Source: Lingula anatina (taxonomy: Eukaryota; Animalia; Brachiopoda). Taken from it: DNA of 64,000 nt. The notes below the pieces were generated by a model that was given only the letters and a program-made list of their open reading frames with translations, made no database searches and had not been told where the DNA came from. The position numbers and the translations under genes are program-made. Below are positions 61,418 to 64,000 of the stretch, piece by piece. The stretch spans positions 17,460,651 to 17,524,650 of the forward strand of contig CM120647.1 in the NCBI GenBank assembly GCA_051362555.1. The letters are read 5' to 3'. How positions within the stretch are numbered: position 1 is the stretch's first letter; each line of letters starts with the position of its first letter.

Positions 61418-61738
61418 CTGGATATATTAATAAAGTAATGTATGAATTTTGTGGACAGAGTATTATATACAGTAAATGACTTTGACAAGATATTGACCCA
61501 AAGCATAAGTCTATAATTTTGTTATGCAACATGACTGCTGATGCGACAAGACTGTGTTAGATGTGACAAGACTTTGTTGACTAATTCTTATATTAAATTT
61601 TCTATTTCACAATTGTGCCAATGTATGAGCAATAGTATTAGTTGTGATTGTCTGAGCGACTACGTCTAGAAGTGGCACTTCGTCAGGTAGATATAACACA
61701 TGAAGATCATGGTTGCTGAAGTTTATACTGAGGCATAC

Positions 61739-61886
61739 CAGAGGAAGCATAGCCCTGGTCAGATCTGACCAGTACCCCAGGCACCTTGACTGACCGTCCG
61801 GACACGGGTTTAGCATCTACTGGCTCGGCTCCGTTACTAGCGCCTTCTGCACTGTCAACAAAGTGGACCTTCTTATCTATTCCTCC
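61739..61886 (-). CDS. stau: Staufen exon with RVxF-like KKVHF motif
   Basis: GGIDKKVHFVDSAEG...VPGVLVRSDQGYASS, with ttacag acceptor and G/gtatgc donor. Confidence 0.85.
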
Positions 61887-62681
61887 CTGTAAGAGATATA
61901 ATATCATATACTGTTTATTTGGTGAAATGTATACATTTAGCAAAGTTTGGAATTTTTATACAGTGTATATTAGGGGGCAGGTGCCATAAAAAGTATTTTA
62001 TTTCATGCAATAAAATTACTACATATGACAGCAGGTTTCCAGTATTTTCAGCATATTTCTACAACATGTATGTCTTCATTGCCAGATTTGCATCTCTTCT
62101 ATCAAAGAGATTATTTTGATTTCATGACAACAAGTAATAATTCACAGAAGCTCAAAAATACCACGTAATTCAAAGAAAAAATACTGAAATTTTGATAAGC
62201 TTTCACTGAAGAGCACCAATAGCATTTCCAATGTTGATTCATATATGTTTCTAATGACTGATATGCAATAAAAGATTACCACTGAAGCAGACACTTTCAG
62301 TGCTATCCTAATCAATATTCATCTAACACTGCATATTACACGTTATCAAACTATTTGTGGTGTTCTACACTAATATTTCGGCACATTAAGCAAATCCTCA
62401 ACACAGCACACTTCAAGAAATTACTTCAGTTCACTCTGAGTAAGACAAGACACAAACTAGTAAAATGTTGACCTAGCCTAATGTATGGTTAGAAAAATAA
62501 CATCAAGTTACTTGTGAGGCTGTGTTTTGTATCATTCATCTAAAATACACATCATTATTTTAGTCAACTACATGTAAGCTGCTCTTTGCTGCACCCAGGA
62601 CACATAGTGGATAATACACAGCAGACACTTGGTGGTTACAAAAAGGACACACAGTGGACAAACAATGGACACACCCTTTAC

Positions 62682-62729
62682 CTCCTTGGCTGAATCCTCA
62701 CTTTCACTTTCACTTTCAACAAGATGACA
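62682..62729 (-). CDS. stau: Candidate 48-nt cassette micro-exon of staufen (CHLVESESESEDSAKE)
   Basis: ttctgttatag acceptor and GAG/gtaaag donor. Phase 0-0, GAA-rich, open frame. Confidence 0.6.
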
Positions 62730-63055
62730 CTATAACAGAACATCACTTATGATAACAGAGACTGCTTGACAGAGAACAAACCTTCATCTCTTAATATCCA
62801 CTGACACATTGAAATTTTAAAATACCCCTGATACAAGCAAGCAGACACACACATATAATGCATGCATATAAATAATAACCAGGTGTTACCACAGGCACTT
62901 GCCATCATTATCCTTTAACAACAAGTGTGACTACTGCAGCATTCTTATAATAAAATAACGCAAGCCTGTTTCACAAATTGATCTTGAACTTAAGTCGTTT
63001 CGTGAAACAGTCCCCACACAGCTGTAACAGTTAATAAATACACAGTTCACATTAC

Positions 63056-63205
63056 CTCTCCATTGGCTGTTTTGATAGAAGACTTGGTAGGCTGGGGTGC
63101 AGGGCGGCTATAGCCCAGCTCCTGTAGCATACTCTCTGCTGCATTTCTCTTGGCCAGCTTTTTGTTAGGCCCCGTGCCTTTACACTGCTTGTCACCCACT
63201 GTGAC
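63056..63205 (-). CDS. stau: Staufen exon, C-half of dsRBD4
   Basis: VTVGDKQCKGTGPNKKLAKRNAAESMLQELGY...ANGE, containing the KKxAK motif. AG/GT bounded, 150 nt. Confidence 0.93.
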
Positions 63206-63590
63206 CTGTAAGGAGAAATTGAATGTTGAAGAAGTTATGGCAGGAGTTTCATGCTACATCAAAGCCAAAGACAAGTTTGACAGAATATGTTTAAGCAAGA
63301 CAACAATCTGTTAACTACCTTCACCCTACTGTCAAGCAAAAGTTTTCAGATGGCACTAGCAACATTTGCTATTTTTGTAACATAACGTAACCTTGGCGTG
63401 TGTTTGTGTGCATGCACATGTGTGATTATGTATTTTTGCAACATAACAGTGTGTTGCTTATTAAATGATGTGAATCTCAATCTTATTACAAGTGTATGTG
63501 TCTGATCGTGTCTATGGTTGAGCCCATGTTAGCAGGCCTAAGTGCTTGCATATACATGTTCACTCTCCATTTCCCTGTGAGTCAATTCAC

Positions 63591-63737
63591 CTGCATAATA
63601 AACTCTCTCTTCCTCGGCATCCCCTTCTCAGCCACCAGCGTGTACACAGGCTCCTTCTCCTTCTTAGCCTGCTGGATCTGAATTAGTCGACTAATGGGGT
63701 TGATACCCACGCCGTAGTCCAAGCTGGCTTTCTGGAC
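63591..63737 (-). CDS. stau: Staufen exon, N-half of dsRBD4 (gene continues beyond the window end)
   Basis: [49 protein letters not shown], bounded by ttccag and gtgaat. Confidence 0.95.
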
Positions 63738-63948
63738 CTGGAAAAACATGTCAAACATCAGATTTTGTAGACAAAACAACACAGCGGAAATGTACTTTTT
63801 TCTTGACCTGCAGAATTTATAGTAGATGCCCAATGGCTCTATGCCTATGCTGAAGATCAAGTTGATTTGCTGAACCTAGAGAATACTGCGAAGTAGTCTA
63901 TGGAAAAGATTTGTACTGTGGTTATGGTTGAAGTACAAGACAAGATTA

Positions 63949-63993
<45 letters not shown>

Positions 63994-64000
63994 CATATAT

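Overview
Eukaryotic, AT-rich, intron-containing animal DNA. It is probably from a lophotrochozoan such as a mollusc; this is inferred from protein and repeat style, not proven. Five protein-coding genes can be reconstructed by hand. (1) A Shaw/Kv3 voltage-gated K+ channel on + (3466-30189), with a 13 kb first intron and a series of phase-1 C-terminal exons, including a candidate 39-nt micro-exon and a candidate alternative last exon. (2) An intronless UDP-glycosyltransferase (39314-41005). (3) An intronless NXPE/PC-esterase-like SGNH protein (43821-45281). (4) The mitochondrial NAD+ carrier SLC25A51/MCART1 (47781-48988). (5) The 3' part of staufen on - (63737 down to 54818; dsRBD4, SSM, dsRBD5), convergent with SLC25A51. 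Mobile DNA includes a decayed DIRS-like retroelement in Shaw intron 1 and a nest in the last staufen intron: a hAT-like DNA transposon holding a foldback element and a 5'-truncated L2-clade LINE that splits the transposase frame exactly. There are also many MITEs, tRNA-derived SINE heads and mini/microsatellites. The most notable non-coding signals are 14 perfect TGACGTCA (CRE) palindromes in 6 kb around the Shaw alternative exons, a (T)GCATG cluster there, tandem ROREs at the SLC25A51 promoter, and a dispersed CTAAC-bearing repeat that mostly follows the direction of transcription. All coordinates and counts were made by eye; no searches were run.
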